Below, one piece after another: positions 1 through 12,710 of a stretch of DNA of 64,000 nt. A program made the translations under genes and the position numbers. Location of the stretch: the NCBI GenBank assembly GCA_051313645.2, contig JBNRSN020000005.1, positions 142,538,001-142,602,000 of the forward strand. The letters run 5' to 3'. The notes below the pieces were generated by a model. The model worked only from the letters and a program-made list of their open reading frames with translations. It had not been told where the DNA came from and made no database searches. Source of the DNA: Centroscyllium fabricii (lineage: Eukaryota). Position 1 is the stretch's first letter; the number at the start of each line of letters is the position of its first letter.

Positions 1-490
1 CCGCGGACTTATCGCTGGGCGCTGCCCGCGCCAGATTTTTGGGGCTGTAACAGCAGCGGGGGAGCACTGCTTAAAGGGGACTGTGGCGGCCGACTGCCAG
101 CAACTTCCCCCTCGGCCACCCCCGCTGCTCCCCCGGCGGGGTCAGGTCTCCTGCAACTGAGCCCGGCACTTCCCTCCAGTGCCGGGCTCCTTCTGGCCCC
201 ACGGGGCTCCGGCCGCAGCCGCACTTGGCCCCTCCCCTTTAATCGGGGAGGAAGGCCTGCAGTACCGCGGGCCGCCGCTATCCACTCCTTGGCGCAGCGG
301 CACGCCCGCACCCCGATATTCGGCTGCCTCGCACCTAGAGTGAGGCGGCCCGCCTGCTTTAGCACCCGCCCTCCCATTATAGCCAATGCAGGCGAATTTT
401 GGCCCGAACAGCGCCAGCGATGAGCTGGCGCTACAAATAGCGCAGCACTGAGGTCAGCGCCACAAAACGTGGGCTGACCAATTTAGACCC
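1..490. mobile_element. GC-rich right-hand part of a probable Harbinger-type non-autonomous element (truncated by window start)
   Basis: GC-rich block resembling the subterminal region at 1300-1600; ends in ...AATTTAGACCCC, a GGGG..AAATT-type terminal repeat in reverse. Confidence 0.4.
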
Positions 491-964
491 CTATTTCTTT
501 TCAGCTAGTCATATTGGGGTAAATCACACAATTACGTACACATATACACACACAAGTACTATATATGTAAGGTGATAACTTAATTTGCCTTCTTTCTGGT
601 GTACTGGAAAGGAAATGTCCTTGCAAGTTTAGAAATGTTACTTTTGAGGATATTACACCCAATCTACAAGGGCATAAATCCTTCTTATTAATCCCAATTT
701 TCTCCCCTACTAATGGTTCCAAGGAAGAATTAAAATACAAATCAAGAGTTTGCGTACGATTAGATTACATCTAATGCAATGTTAACGACATTTTACCACC
801 ATCTTGATATCAGTTTATACTTTGATCTAGAATGATATTCACATATTAGATAAATCTATGGATAATAATACGAAAACAAGTCGAATGTAGAAAATATAGA
901 GGGGGAGCAAATCAGATTAGAAAGACTAAGAAGGGGTATTAAGAGAGACTGGCAGGTAACAAAA

Positions 965-1278
965 ACAATTTGTATTTATGTAGCAGCTTTAACATAGAAA
1001 AAATATGCTTCACATATTAAAAAAGGCCTCTGAGCCAAGGAAGGATGATCAAAAGCTTGGTCAGTGATGAGTTTTAAGGAGGGTCTAAAGGTGGAAAGGT
1101 AAAGGGGTTTAGGGATGAAATTCCAGACTGTGGGACTTGGGTGACTGAAGGTATGACTGACAATGGTAGGGCAAATGGAGAGGGAGTGGGGATGCACAGA
1201 GGCCTGAGGGAAACTAATGGAGAGTTTGGTGGGGAGGGGTTACAGACATAGGGAAGGATGAAGGACTTCAAACATCAG
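965..1278 (-). mobile_element. L2-like LINE 3' end (left part, split by the Harbinger insertion)
   Basis: Similar to the L2-type tail at 14680-15070; continues at 11320 (gacttcaaacatCAG|gatgagaactttaca, cf. gatttgaacaagaggatcagaattttaaa near 14970). Confidence 0.65.
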
Positions 1279-2187
1279 GGGGGAAAATTCAGTTGGTTAG
1301 CACCTCCAGTTAGCGCCTGGCGGGGGTGCTAACGGGCCGCTGATGCAGTAGCGGGGCGAGGCGAATCCAACGATGCACACCAAATCCGGCCCCTCCCATA
1401 GCGTCACCGCTACGAGTTACCGCCGCGGACCTTAGCGCCAGGTAGACCGTGACATCAGTGAGTGTGCAATGCTCACTGGGCGTCCAATCTGCAAAATTCA
1501 TTGTTGCCCCTTGCCTTAGCGCCTTGCCCGGGCAGCGGCAGGGAGAGGTGTCAAGCAGGCGGATGCCGGCTCCAGGGGCGCTACTTAAAGGGATCATGAA
1601 TAATGAGTCGCAGCTGTAATGTTAGTGCTGTTTCACTGCTTCCTTGCCAGTTTGACATTGTGAAACTGATTCATTGTCATTTAAAGGTTGTTTGGTATCA
1701 GGAGTGTTGTGCTACTAACAATCAGTTACATTTAATTCTCACAACATATCAAAGTGCTACACTTGGTTACATTAATGTGGGCTCTATTGGCAGTCGACCT
1801 CGCCCTACGGCGGAGGGAGCGAGAAGGATTGGAACATGTGGCCGGAGGGAGAAGGGCCATGAGGGCTCTCAACAGGAGGCCTTGCCTTCCGAGGGTATTC
1901 CGAGAGCACTTCTCCTACCTCCAATTGAATGAGGAGCAGTGTATTAGAAGGCTCTGCCTAAGTAAGGAGGTGGTCAGGGACAGGATGGTGTGACTATGAG
2001 TGAGGCAGGTACGGGAATCCAGGAGGTAGTGTTGGAGGAGCCGCAGACCTTGCTCTTGTCTAACAGGTTCGAGGCTCTTACTCCCTGTGAGGGCAGGAGC
2101 AGGGACTGTGGGGAGGGTGAGCAACCTGGCCGCAGCACCATGGAACAGGGGGCCATTCAAGAGGGGGGAGTTAATTGAAATGTTGTA

Positions 2188-2680
2188 GTGGTAGGGGACA
2201 GCATCATCAGGGTGATAGATAGGGTTCTCTGCAACCGAGAGCGGGAGTCCCGAAGGCTGTGTTGCCTGCCCGGTGCCAGGGTTAAGGACATCTCTTCTGG
2301 GCTGGAGAGAATCTTGCAGTGGGAGGGGGAGAATCCAGTTGTCCTGGTACATGTTGGTACCAACGACATAGATAAGACAAGGAAGAAGGTTCTGTTACAG
2401 GAGTATGAGCAGCTAGGGGTCAAACTAAAAAAACAGAACCTCAAGGGTAATAATCTTACCTGAGCCATGAGCGAATTTGGCTAGGGTAAATAAAATTCGG
2501 GAGTTAAATGCGTGGCTCAAAGACTGCTGTGGGAGAAGTGGGTTTTGCTTCTTGGGACACTGGCACCAGTACTGGGACAGGAGAGAACTGTTCCAGCGGG
2601 ACGGGCTTCAACTGAACCGGGCTGGGACCAGTGTCCTGGCGAATCATATAACTAGGGCTGCAGAGAGGGCTTTAAACTAA
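2188..2680 (+). pseudogene. CR1 ORF1 SGNH/GDSL esterase-like domain (frameshifted)
   Basis: Motifs VGDSIIR, CCLPGARVKD, VHVGTND, DGLQLN. Confidence 0.8.
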
Positions 2681-2849
2681 TTAGTGGGGGGGAGGTTTCT
2701 GGAGAGCAAATAATAAAAATGACAATGGAGAAGGTAATAGGCATAGGTAACAATGGGGGAATTAAAAGACAAAGTGTGTCAGGAAGGGAAAGAATGTATG
2801 GAGATAAAGGTAAAGTTGTAAAAAGGGAAAAAGCAGGAATTAAGTGTCA

Positions 2850-5668
2850 AACATCTTTGAAAGTCCTTTATTTGAATGCACGTAGTATTCGTAACAAAAT
2901 AGATGAGTTGACGGCACAAATAATTACATATGGGTATGATCTTGTGGCAATTACAGAAACATGGCTGCAAGGTGACCAGGACTGGGAATTAAACATACAA
3001 GGGTATTTAACAATTAGAAGGGACAGGCAGGAAGGAAAGGGAGGTGGGGTGGCTATGTTAATAAGGCAAGGAATCACTACAATACAGCAAAATGATATTG
3101 GTTCAAAGGATCAGGATAGTGAAACAGTTTGGGTGGAAATAAGAAATAATAAAGGGAAAAAAACACTAGTGGGCGTAGTCTATAGGCCTTCTAACAGCTG
3201 TAACTCAGTTGGTCGGAGTATAAATCAGGAAATAGTTGGGGCTTGTAATAAGGGAACAGCTATAATTATGGGGGATTTTAACTTTCATATTGACTGGACT
3301 AATCAAGTTGGACAGGGCAGACTTGAGAAAGAGTTCATTGAGTGTATTAGGGATGGGTTCCTTGAACAGTACGTAACTGAGCCGACCAGGGTTTGGCAAG
3401 CAATCTTAGATCTGGTCCTGTGTAATGAGACAGGATTAATAAAAAATGTCCTAGTAAAGGATCCCCTTGGAATGAGTTACCATAACATGGTTGAATTAAA
3501 AATTCAATTAGAGGGTTGGATCTCAAACAAGTGTACTGAGCTTAAATAAAGGAGACTATGATGGTATGAGAGCGGAATTGATTAAGGTGGACTGGGAAAA
3601 CAGATTTAAGGGTAAGATGGTACACGATCAGTGGTGTGTATTCAAGGAATTATTTTACAACTTTCAAGAAAAATATATTCCACTGAAGAAAAAAGGGTGT
3701 AAAAGAAAAAACAGCTATCCGTGGCTAAGTAAAGTAATAAAGGAGAGTATCCGACTAAAAACAAGGTTATATAAGGTAGCCAAATCTAGTGGGAAGATAG
3801 AAGATCGGGAAGCTTTCAAAAGTCAGCAAAAAATAACAAAAAGATTGATTAAGAAAGCGAAGATAGATTATGAAAGTAAATTAGCAAAAAATATAAAAAC
3901 AGATAGCAAGAGTTTCTACAGTTACATAAAATGAAAAAGGGTGGCTAAAGTAAATGTTGGTCCCTTAGAGGATGAGACCGGGAAATTAATGGTAGGGAAC
4001 ATGGAGATGGCAAAAACGCTGAACAAATATTTTGTATCAGTCTTTACAGTAGAGGACACTCAAAATATCCCTACACTGGATAAACAGGGGGCTCTGGGGG
4101 GGGGGGGGGGGGGGAGGAGCTAATTACAATTAAAGTCACTAAGGAAGTGGTACTCGGTAAAATAATGGGACATAAGGCGGCTAAATCCCCTGGACCTGAT
4201 GGCTTACATTCTAGGGGCTTGAGGGAAGTGGCGGTAGGGATTGTGGATGCATTGGTAATAATTTTTCAAAACTCTCTGGACTCGGCAAAGGTTCCGGCAG
4301 ATTGGAAATCTGCTAATGTAACGCCTTTATTTAAAAAGGGTAGTAGACAGAAGGATGGAAATTATAGATCAGTTAGCCTAACATCTGTGGTTGGCAAAAT
4401 GTTAGAATCCATTATTAAGGAAACAGTAACAGGGCATTTGGATAAACATAATTTAATAGGACAAAGTCAGCATGGTTTTACAAAGGGGAAGTCATGTTTG
4501 ACAAATTTGCTAGAGTTCTTTGAGGACATAACATACAAGATGGATAAAGGGGAACCAGTGGATGTCGTGTATTTAGACTTCCAAAAGGCATTTGACAAGG
4601 TGCCACACAAAAGATTATTCCTCAAGATAAAAAATCACGGGATTGAGGGTAATATTCTGGCATGGGTGGAGGATTGGCTTTCTAACAGAAGAGAGCTGGG
4701 AAAAATGGTTCGTTCTCAGACTGGCAATCGGAAACTACTGGTGTTCCGCAAGGGTCGGTGCTGGGACCCCAACTCTTTACAATCTATATTAATAATTTGG
4801 AGGAAGGGACCAAGTGCAACATATCAAAGTTTGCGGATGACACAAAGATGGGAGGGAGTGTGATGAGTGAAGAGGATATTAAAAACCTGCAAAAGGACAT
4901 AGATAGGTTAAGTGAGTGGGCAGAGATTTGGCAGATGGAATATAATACTGAAAAGTGTGAAGTTATGCACTTTGACAGGAAAAATAACAGAGCGAGTTAT
5001 TATCTAAATGGAAAGAAACTGGAAAGTATTTCAGTGCAAAGGGATCTGGGGGTCCTGGTGCAGGAAACACAAAAAGTTAGTATGCAGGTGCAGCAGGTGG
5101 TCAGGAAGGCCAACGGAATGTTGGCTTTTATTGCTAAGGGGATGGAGTATAAAAGCAGGGCGGTCTTGCTGTAGTTGTACAGGGTATTGGTGAGACTACA
5201 CCTGGAGTACTGCATGCAGTTCTGGTATCCATATTTAAGAAAGGACATACTTGCTCTCGAGGCAGTGCAAAGAAGGTTCACTAGGTTAATTCTGGGGATG
5301 AGGAGGCTGACATATGATGAGAGATTGAGTAGATTGGGCCTCTACTCATTGGAGTTCAGAAGAATGAGAGGCAATCTTATTGAAACATATAAGATTGTGA
5401 AAGGGCTTGATCGGGTGGATGCGGTGAGGATGTCCCACTGGTGGGTGAAACTAGGACTAGGGGGCATAGTCTTAAAATAAGGGGTTGCCATTTCAAAACT
5501 GAGATGAGGAGAAATTTCTTCACTCAGAGGGTGGTGGGGCTGTGGAATTCGCTGCCCCAGAGAGCTGTGGAAGCTACTACATTGAATAAATTTAAAACAG
5601 AGATGGACAGTTTCCTGGAAGTAAAGGGAATTAGGGGTTATGGTGAGCGGGCAGGTAAGTGGATGTGA
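2850..5668 (+). pseudogene. CR1 ORF2 (APE endonuclease + reverse transcriptase), multiple frameshifts/stops
   Basis: YLNARSIRNK, AITETWL, MGDFN; KSPGPDG, NYRSVSLTS, QHGFTKGKSCLTNL, YLDFQKAFDKVPH, KFADDTK. Confidence 0.9.
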
Positions 5669-5792
5669 GGCTAGGTTCAGATCGGCCATGTGATCGCCTG
5701 GACCAGTTTTCGATCGCCTAGATGGGTCGGAGAGGAATTTCCCAGATTTTTTTCCCAAATTGGCCACTGGGTTTTTTATCTGGTTTTTCGTC

Positions 5793-6560
5793 TCAATTCA
5801 ATTCAATTCAAGTTTTACTGTCATTGCAGAGTACGAGTACAATACAACGAAACGAAGACTCGCCGCTCCCGAGAGCAGTTCAAATAAGTTACATACAATT
5901 TCATACAATAAAGTATATTTCAGGTGTGCAGATACTGGAGTTTTTTGTTAGAGTTCAGGAGACTGACAGCCCTGGGGAAGAAGCTGTTCTTGAATCTGGT
6001 CGTGCGGGTGCAGATTGATCTGTAGCGTCTCCCGGAGGGCAGGGGGGCGAACAGACTGTGGCTGGGCTGTGTGGGGTCTTTAATAATGTTCAGAGACCTC
6101 CGTAGGCAACGTTTGAGGTAGGTGCGTTCGATTGACGGTAGCTGGGTGCCGGTGATTCGTTGGGCAGTTTTGACTACCCGCTGCAGGGCCATCGGTCCGA
6201 GATGGTGCAGTTCCCATACCAGACTGTGATGCAGTTTGTCAGTATGCTTTCGATTGTGCAGCGGTAGAAGTTTGTGAGGATGCCGGATGACAGCTTGGCT
6301 TTTTTCAGCTTCCTTAGGAAGTACAGGCGCTGTTGGGCCTTCTTAATCAGAGAGGAGGTGGTTAGTGACCAGGAGAGGTCTTCCGAGATGTGGACCCCGA
6401 GGAACTTGAAGCTGGACACCCTTTCCACCTCAGCCCCTTGGATGAAGATGGGGGTGTGTCTTCTGCTTTTAGTCTTCCGGAAGTCCACTATGATCTCCTT
6501 GGTTTTCTTGGTGTTCAGTGCCAGGTTGTTATTGGCACACCATCCCACAAGGGTGATCAC
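5793..6560 (-). mobile_element. Rex1/Babar-type LINE 3' fragment nested in the CR1 3' UTR
   Basis: WCANNNLALNTKKTKEIIVDFR, KFLGVHISEDLSW, KKAQQRLYFLRKL, FYRCTIESILT; (TTGAA)n tail at 5793-5811. Confidence 0.8.
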
Positions 6561-7749
6561 ATGGGTTTGGGCGGGATGGAGAGTAAAAGTGAAATTGAGG
6601 TTAGGATCAGATCAGCCATGATCTTGTTAAATGGCGGAGCAGGCTCGAGGGGCCGATTGGCCTACTCCTGCTCCTATTTCTTATGTTCTTATGTTCTTAA
6701 CTCTGCCACCTCCTGCAACCAGACCGCCAGCCTCAGATCAGGACGACCACGGCTCTCTTAGTGGCAGTCAAGTTCACCTTCACCCTCAATTTTTTGCCAG
6801 CGGATCCTTCCATCTTGCAGTTCGCCATCCATCACTGCATCCGGGAAGTCACAGAGGCTCTCTACAGTAGGAGAAGGGACTACATTTCCTTCCTCATCAC
6901 CAGAGAGAAGCAGGACGAATATGCATGTGGCTTTGCTAGGATAGCGGGCTTCCAATGGTGCAGGGCACCATAGATTGTACGTGGCTTTGCGAGCACTGCA
7001 TAACAATCCTGAGGATTTCCGTAACTGCAAAGGCTACCGCTCACTTAATGCGCAGTTGGTGTGCGACCACAGACAGTGAAACCTCAGTGTAAATGCCCGT
7101 TATCCTGGCAGCAGCCACGGTGCCTTCATCCTGCACCAGACCAGTGTGTTAGCAATCTTCCAGCCACCATGTCAAGCTCGCGGCTGGCTGCTCGGAGACA
7201 AGGGCTATCCACTCCCCATTTGGCTCATGACTCCCCTCCGCAACCCCAACACTCCTGCCCAGCACTCATATAATGAGAGCCATGTCGCCACCAGGAACAT
7301 CATAGAGCAGACCATTGGGGTGCTCAAGCAATGGTTCTGCTGCCTTGACCGCTCAGGAGGGGCCCTCCAGTACTCGGCTGAGCGGGTGTCCCATTTCGTG
7401 GTCTGCTGCACGCTCCACAACTTGGCCATCGTGAGGACCCAGCCCTTGCCACCAGGAATTGTGGGACCCCCTCAGGAGGAGGAAGAGGGAGAGGAGGAGG
7501 AGGGGGAGGAGGCAGCCACTCAATCGGCCTTCTGGAAGGGCGATGACTGCAGTCCCAATAAATTAAATTCCAGATCCCCGTTGCTCACCACATCCCCATC
7601 ATTCCATCCCTGTCGCAAGCCATATCACAGCGCAAAGCTGAAATGAGAGACACCACAAAATAATCCAAACTAAATTTATTAACTTATTAATAATCAGTGA
7701 ACACATATTTACAACAATATTACTTATTCACCCTTGTTCAAACCCTTAG

Positions 7750-10431
7750 TGCCTCTCGTTACCATGCCTTTGCCTGCTCCTACGAGGTGTTGTCCCACTG
7801 TCTGCAGCAGGGCTGGTGGAAGGCTGCTGAGTGTCTGTGTGGGAGACTTCAGATGGCCTTGCAGGCGCCCTCGACCAGCTCCGGGCCTTCCTGCACCACC
7901 TCAGCATGGGCGGCAGCAGTCTGGGCTGGCTGGATGACAGGCAGCGACAAGGACAAAACTGGAGTCCCAGTGGTGGGAGCGGGAATGCTGTCATCCTGAG
8001 AGAGGACAGCAAGTTCCTGACCCACTGTCACTCCTCCGGGGCAGCACCTCAGCATCCCTAGCAATCTGTTGCAGCACAGATTGTTGGCCTGCTGCGACAC
8101 TGTGAAAGTCCCGGTCAATGGTGGTAGACCCAGCCGCGATGGCAGTAGTCAGACCTTGCGTTCCATCAAGCTGAGATTGCATGAGAGCAGTCTGAGATTG
8201 AATGCCGCCAAGCATAGACTGCATTACAGCACTAAGATGTTGCGTTGCTTCCGCCTGTACTGCAATGGAAGCTGCCAGATCACACATGACATACGGCATC
8301 AGGTCTGGGTCGCCACGGTCTCTCTGGGAGTCCACCATCCTTTGTAGACTGGAGATGATGGGCTCCATGGTGTGCACAGAGCTCGGTGCAATGTTGGAGG
8401 CAGACTCCTCCACGCTCCTTACCCTTGCCGAGAGGCTCTCGGGCACCTTTGCCATTGTACCTATCACCTCCGTGTGCATGCCCATCGAGGTCTTCATCTG
8501 AGTCCTGTGCAGCGTGAACTCACCCTCCGGGGAGCTGGTTCCCGAACTACCCTTTCCCCCTGGCCTTGCTACAGCCCGCTCATCCTCAGTGCATCACCGT
8601 GTGCAGATAGCGCTACTATACTAACCTCTAAAGAACGCATAGTGCCAGTATCTGAGCTGGTGCCTGTGGGCGAGATATGCAGTGACACGGTGTCTTCTTC
8701 CTCCTCCTCTTCTCCTGCCTCATTCTCTACTGTGCCCTCAGGGACAGGCTGCTCCGGTGCTTGCTCATTATCTGAAAGCATAAAGGCACAAGATTTGGGT
8801 TAAGGTGAGGGGAGCGGGCAGGAAATGCATGCATACAACATGATTAGCTGGAAATTGCGAAAGACTTGTGGGGTGAGGGGGAAGTGGGATGTGAGAAGGA
8901 GTAGGGATTAACATACCATCATTGTCCCCAAGGGGGTGAACATCGCCGGGGGCCACGGCGCCCAATAATATGCAGCACTCAAGTCTCTAGCTCAGAAAGT
9001 GGTTGGGTATCTGCTTCTTCCCCGCCTGCGCACTCCCACTTCCTCCTGTTGTGAGGCACCTTGGCCTGCAAGAGAAACAAAAGTATGGGGGGGATTTTCA
9101 TGTCGCCGTCCGGGGAGGGTTTGGGCGGCTGGGAGGTGAAAATAGGACATTTTTGGGTCCCGCCCCAGCCCGCCGGATCCCCGCCGGTTTTGGATTTTCG
9201 GATGGCCTCTTTCCCCGCTCCGAATCTTTCCTGCCGGCAGCCGGCGGGGGATGGTTGTTAAGGGCTCTTAATTGGCATCTGTAATGCTATTTTAAGGGCC
9301 CTCAGCTATTTTAGCCCTCTTCCCACCCAAAACCCGCCTGGTGGGAAACCCGCCGTAAAAAAGGTGGTGGGAACCCAGGCGGCTGGGTGTTTACCACCTT
9401 CAAGGCATGGGCACAGCACCCACACAGCAGCTTGCTAGCCTCCACCATGCTGGAGGTGCAGCTGCCACCCAAGGGTGAGAAACTGCAGAGACCCACAACA
9501 TTGAAATCACTCACCTTCAAATCACTCCTATTCAACAGAAATCGGGCTGCTATGCTGTGTTTGTGAGCCCAGCTGTCAATCACCCAGGGGATCAGTTTCT
9601 GTTTACATTCCATTGAAACCACAAACAAACAGTGACTCACTTCAACTGTTTGTTTTGTGGTTTCAGTGTTCCTTTCATAGTCTGACTCAGAGGCTATGTC
9701 AACATAGAAACAAAGGCAACACTTCAGATTTATCAATCAGGCTTAGTGAGTTCTTACTACTCAGGCCTGTCAATCAACAGCCCGCCCCACTCAAACTGTG
9801 AATGAAAAGGGCTGAGTTCCCACCCATTAGTGTGTATTGGAAGCCCGACAGACCGGCAGGGATTTAATTGGCCACTTGAGCCAAAATCATTCGGGCCTCC
9901 CAAGTCCTTGGGCGGGCAGGACAGAAAGCTGACCCGCCCAAAACCTGACAGCTTCCCACAGCTTTTTAAAAATTCCCCCCTATGTGTGAGTGTGGAGCAA
10001 TGTGTTTGGGTGATGTGCCTGCCATAGTTGAATAGCTGTCATTGTGTGCAAGGTGTGAGATGCAAGTGTGAGTGTTGGTAGGTAGAGATTGTTGGTGGGT
10101 GAGTGCTGGGGGTGTGGTGCTTTTGGCAGTGTGTGAAGACTGGTTCAGATGGTGGTATGCAGCATTTGTTGAAGCATTCACTCACACTGATCACCCGAGT
10201 GAGGTCGTTAAATTTCTTTCTGCACTGTGTGGGCGTCCAGGGGACCACAGTGCTGCCTAAGACATGTTGGGCTACCTCCGTCCACGTGGTGCAGAAGACT
10301 TGTGGCGAGGACCTCCTGCCACTTGCCAGGTAGAGCACCGTTTTCCGTCTTTCCACTGCGAACACCAATGCCTCCAATGCATGGTCGCAGAATCTGCGGG
10401 CTGTCTCCCTGGGGTGTGGATCTGCCATCAT
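7750..10431 (-). pseudogene. Harbinger second gene: spliced Myb/SANT-like DNA-binding protein
   Basis: Exon 1 10431-10186 (RRFCDHALEALV..WTEVA..TPTQCRKKFNDL; donor GTGAGT); exon 2 9065-8917 (AKVPHNRR..GG; acceptor ttctcttgcag, donor GTATGT); exon 3 from 8771 (acidic stretch, then coiled-coil-like 7991-8497); disablements present; 3' end approximate. Confidence 0.78.
9087..9980. mobile_element. Non-autonomous Harbinger-type MITE in intron 1 of the Myb gene
   Basis: TIRs GGGGGGGATTTT / AAAATTCCCCCC; 3-bp TSD TAT (9084-9086, 9981-9983). Confidence 0.8.
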
Positions 10432-10708
10432 TACGGCTGCTTGAGTTGTCCGGCTCCTTCTCCTTGACCTGCTGCTGCTGGCTGAGATGGCTGCACAGCA
10501 GCAATGATGAAAATGAGGTTCTACAGCATCAATGAACCTCCCGTTTAAGAACTGGAAAGAGCCTGTGGCAATTCTGACTTATGATTAGACTGCACCTGAT
10601 ATTGGTCAGCACTTCGAGTTTAATACCACTGAACGAGGCCATTAGCGCTCCAATCCTTTCTTTGTGTAATGAGACTGAATTTTGCATGCAGTCTGAAGCA
10701 TTAGCACC

Positions 10709-11246
10709 TCAATTCAAGTTTTATTGTCATTGCAGAGTACTAGTACAATACAACGAGACGAAGACTCGCCGCTCCCGAGAATAGTGCAAATAAATTACAT
10801 GCAATTGCATACAGTAAAGTACATTTTCAGGTGTGCAGGTACCGGAGTTTTTTGTTAGAGTTCAGGAGGCTGACAGCCCTGGGGAAGAAGCTGTTCTTGA
10901 ATCTAGTCGTGTGGGTGTGAATTGATCTGTAGCGTCTCCCGGAGGGCAGGGGGGCGAACAGACTGTGGCTGGGGTGTGTGGGGTCTTTAATAATGTTCAG
11001 AGACCTCCGTAGGCAGTGTTTGAGGTAGATGCTTTCAATTGCCGGTAGCTGGGTGCCGGTGATTCGTTGGGCAGTTTTGACTACCCGCTGCAGGGCCTTC
11101 CGATCCGAGATGGTGCAATTTCCATACCAGACTGTGATGCAGCTTGTCAGTATGCTTTCGATTGTGCAGCGGTAGAAGTTGGAGAGGATGCCGGATGACA
11201 GCCTGGCTTTCTTCAGCTTCCTTAGGAAGTACAGGCGCTGTTGGGT
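10709..11246 (-). mobile_element. Second Rex1/Babar-type LINE 3' fragment, inside the Harbinger
   Basis: Closely similar to ~5800-6340; QQRLYFLRKL..FYRCTIESILT..PLPSGRRYRS; possible CACCT TSD. Confidence 0.8.
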
Positions 11247-11319
11247 CACCTGGCGCTAATTCTTTAACTTTTCAAAAGTTCACGCCCATTCGTGGGCTAT
11301 AATGAATTTCTCCCCCCAG

Positions 11320-12710
11320 GATGAGAACTTTACATTTCAGACTGGGGACTGGGAGCCAATGTAGCTCAGCGAAGACAGCAGTGATGAGTCAGTGGGACTT
11401 GATGCGAGTTGGGAGCTGAAGTTTACGGAGAGTGGAGGATGGGAGGCTGGCCAAGGAGAGCACTTGAATGGTCAAGACTGAAGGGAACAAAGGCATGACT
11501 GAGGGTTTGAGCAGCAGATGAGCAAAGATGGCAGCTGAGATGGACAATGTAACGGAGGTGGAGGTAGGCACTTATTGTAGAATTGTGTGCAGTTTTGGTT
11601 GCCTTATCTGAGGAAGGATGCTCTTGCCATGGAGGGAGTGCAGCAAAGATTCACCAGGCTGATACCTGGGGTGGCAGGAATGACGTATGAGAGATTGGGT
11701 CGATTGGGCTTATATTCACTGGAGTTAAGAAGAATGAGAGGGGATCTCATTGAAACTTATGAAATTTTAACAGGACTAGACAGACTAGATGCAGGAAGGA
11801 TGTTCCCGATGGCGGGGGAGTCCAGAACCAGGGGTCACAGTCTAAAGATAAGGGGTAAGCCATTTAGGACAGAGATGAGGAGGAATTTCTTCACCCAGAG
11901 AGTGGTGAACCTGTGGAATTCTCTACCACAGAAGGCCGCAGAGGCCAATTCATTAAATATATTCAAGAAGGAGTTGGATATATTTCTTAAGGCTAAAGAG
12001 ATCAAGGGATATGGAGAGAAGGCAGGGACAGGGTACTGAGTTTGGATGATCAGCTATGATCTCATTGAATGGCGGAGCAGGCTGGAGGGGCTGAATGGCC
12101 TACTCCTGCTCCTATTTTCTATGTTTCTACGTTTGTGATGGAGAGTACATGGGATCAGAAGGTTAGCTCAGGGTCCAAAAGGACACAAAAGGTGCAAATA
12201 GGCGGATTCAGCCTGTGACGGTGGCTGAGGACAGGTATGGAATTGGTGGCAAGGCAATGGAGTTTGTGGTGGGGACCTAAGATGATGGCTTCGGTCTTGC
12301 CCCAATGTTTAACTGGAAATTATAGCTCATCCAAGGTTGGATGTTGGACATGGAGTTTGACAACACAGAGGCAGTGAAGGAGTCAACAGAAGTGTTAGAG
12401 AGGGAGAGCTGGATGTCATCAGCATTCATGACTATGATTGCGGATGATGTTGCTATGGGGCAGCATGTCGATGAATAAGAGAGATCAAGGATAGATCCCT
12501 GGGGGCCTCCATAGGTAAGGGTGCAAGGGCAAGAAGAGAAGCCATTGCAGGGGATGTTCTGGCTACGATTGGAATGGTTAAGAGTGGTAGCAAGTGAGGC
12601 CAGTGCCATTTAGCTTGACAACAGAGGAGGGGCATTGGAGGAGGAGGATGGTGTGGTCGAACCATGTCAAAGACTGCAGGGAGGTCAAGAGATCATGGAG
12701 GGACTGTTCC
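11320..12710 (-). mobile_element. L2-like LINE (continuation), interrupted by a CR1 fragment
   Basis: Degenerate RT motifs PQGSIL, ADDIQL, WMSYNFQLN; contiguous with 965-1278. Confidence 0.65.
11575..12130 (+). mobile_element. CR1 LINE 3' fragment
   Basis: QFWLPYLRKD..VQQRFTRLIPG..RRNFFTQRVVNLWNSLP, then CR1 tail. Confidence 0.88.

Larger units (their letters stand above)
1978..6700 (+). mobile_element. Near full-length CR1 LINE inserted in the Harbinger transposase
   Basis: ORF1 esterase, APE endonuclease and RT fragments, then a CR1 3' end (gatcagccatgatc...ggcctactcctgctcct) with a (TTCTTATG)n tail at ~6675-6700. Confidence 0.9.
1754..7560 (+). pseudogene. Harbinger (HARBI1-like) DDE transposase, split by a CR1 and frameshifted
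   Basis: N-part RVFREHFSYLQLNEEQCIRRLCLSKEVV (to ~1977) resumes at ~6701: LNFFASGSF, IHHCIREVTEALY, GWLLGDKGYP..WLMTP, YNESHVATRNIIEQTIGVLKQWF, CCTLHNLA and an acidic tail. Confidence 0.85.
1279..11316. mobile_element. Full-length PIF/Harbinger DNA transposon (two genes, inactivated, with nested insertions)
   Basis: TIRs GGGGGAAAATTC (1279-1290) / GAATTTCTCCCCC (11304-11316); 3-bp TSD CAG (1276-1278, 11317-11319); convergent DDE transposase and Myb/SANT genes inside. Confidence 0.88.

Noticed and set aside
7146-10431. Domesticated host genes HARBI1 / NAIF1 / MSANTD
   Set aside because: Both genes are disabled and lie between TIRs with a TSD, so they belong to a transposon copy
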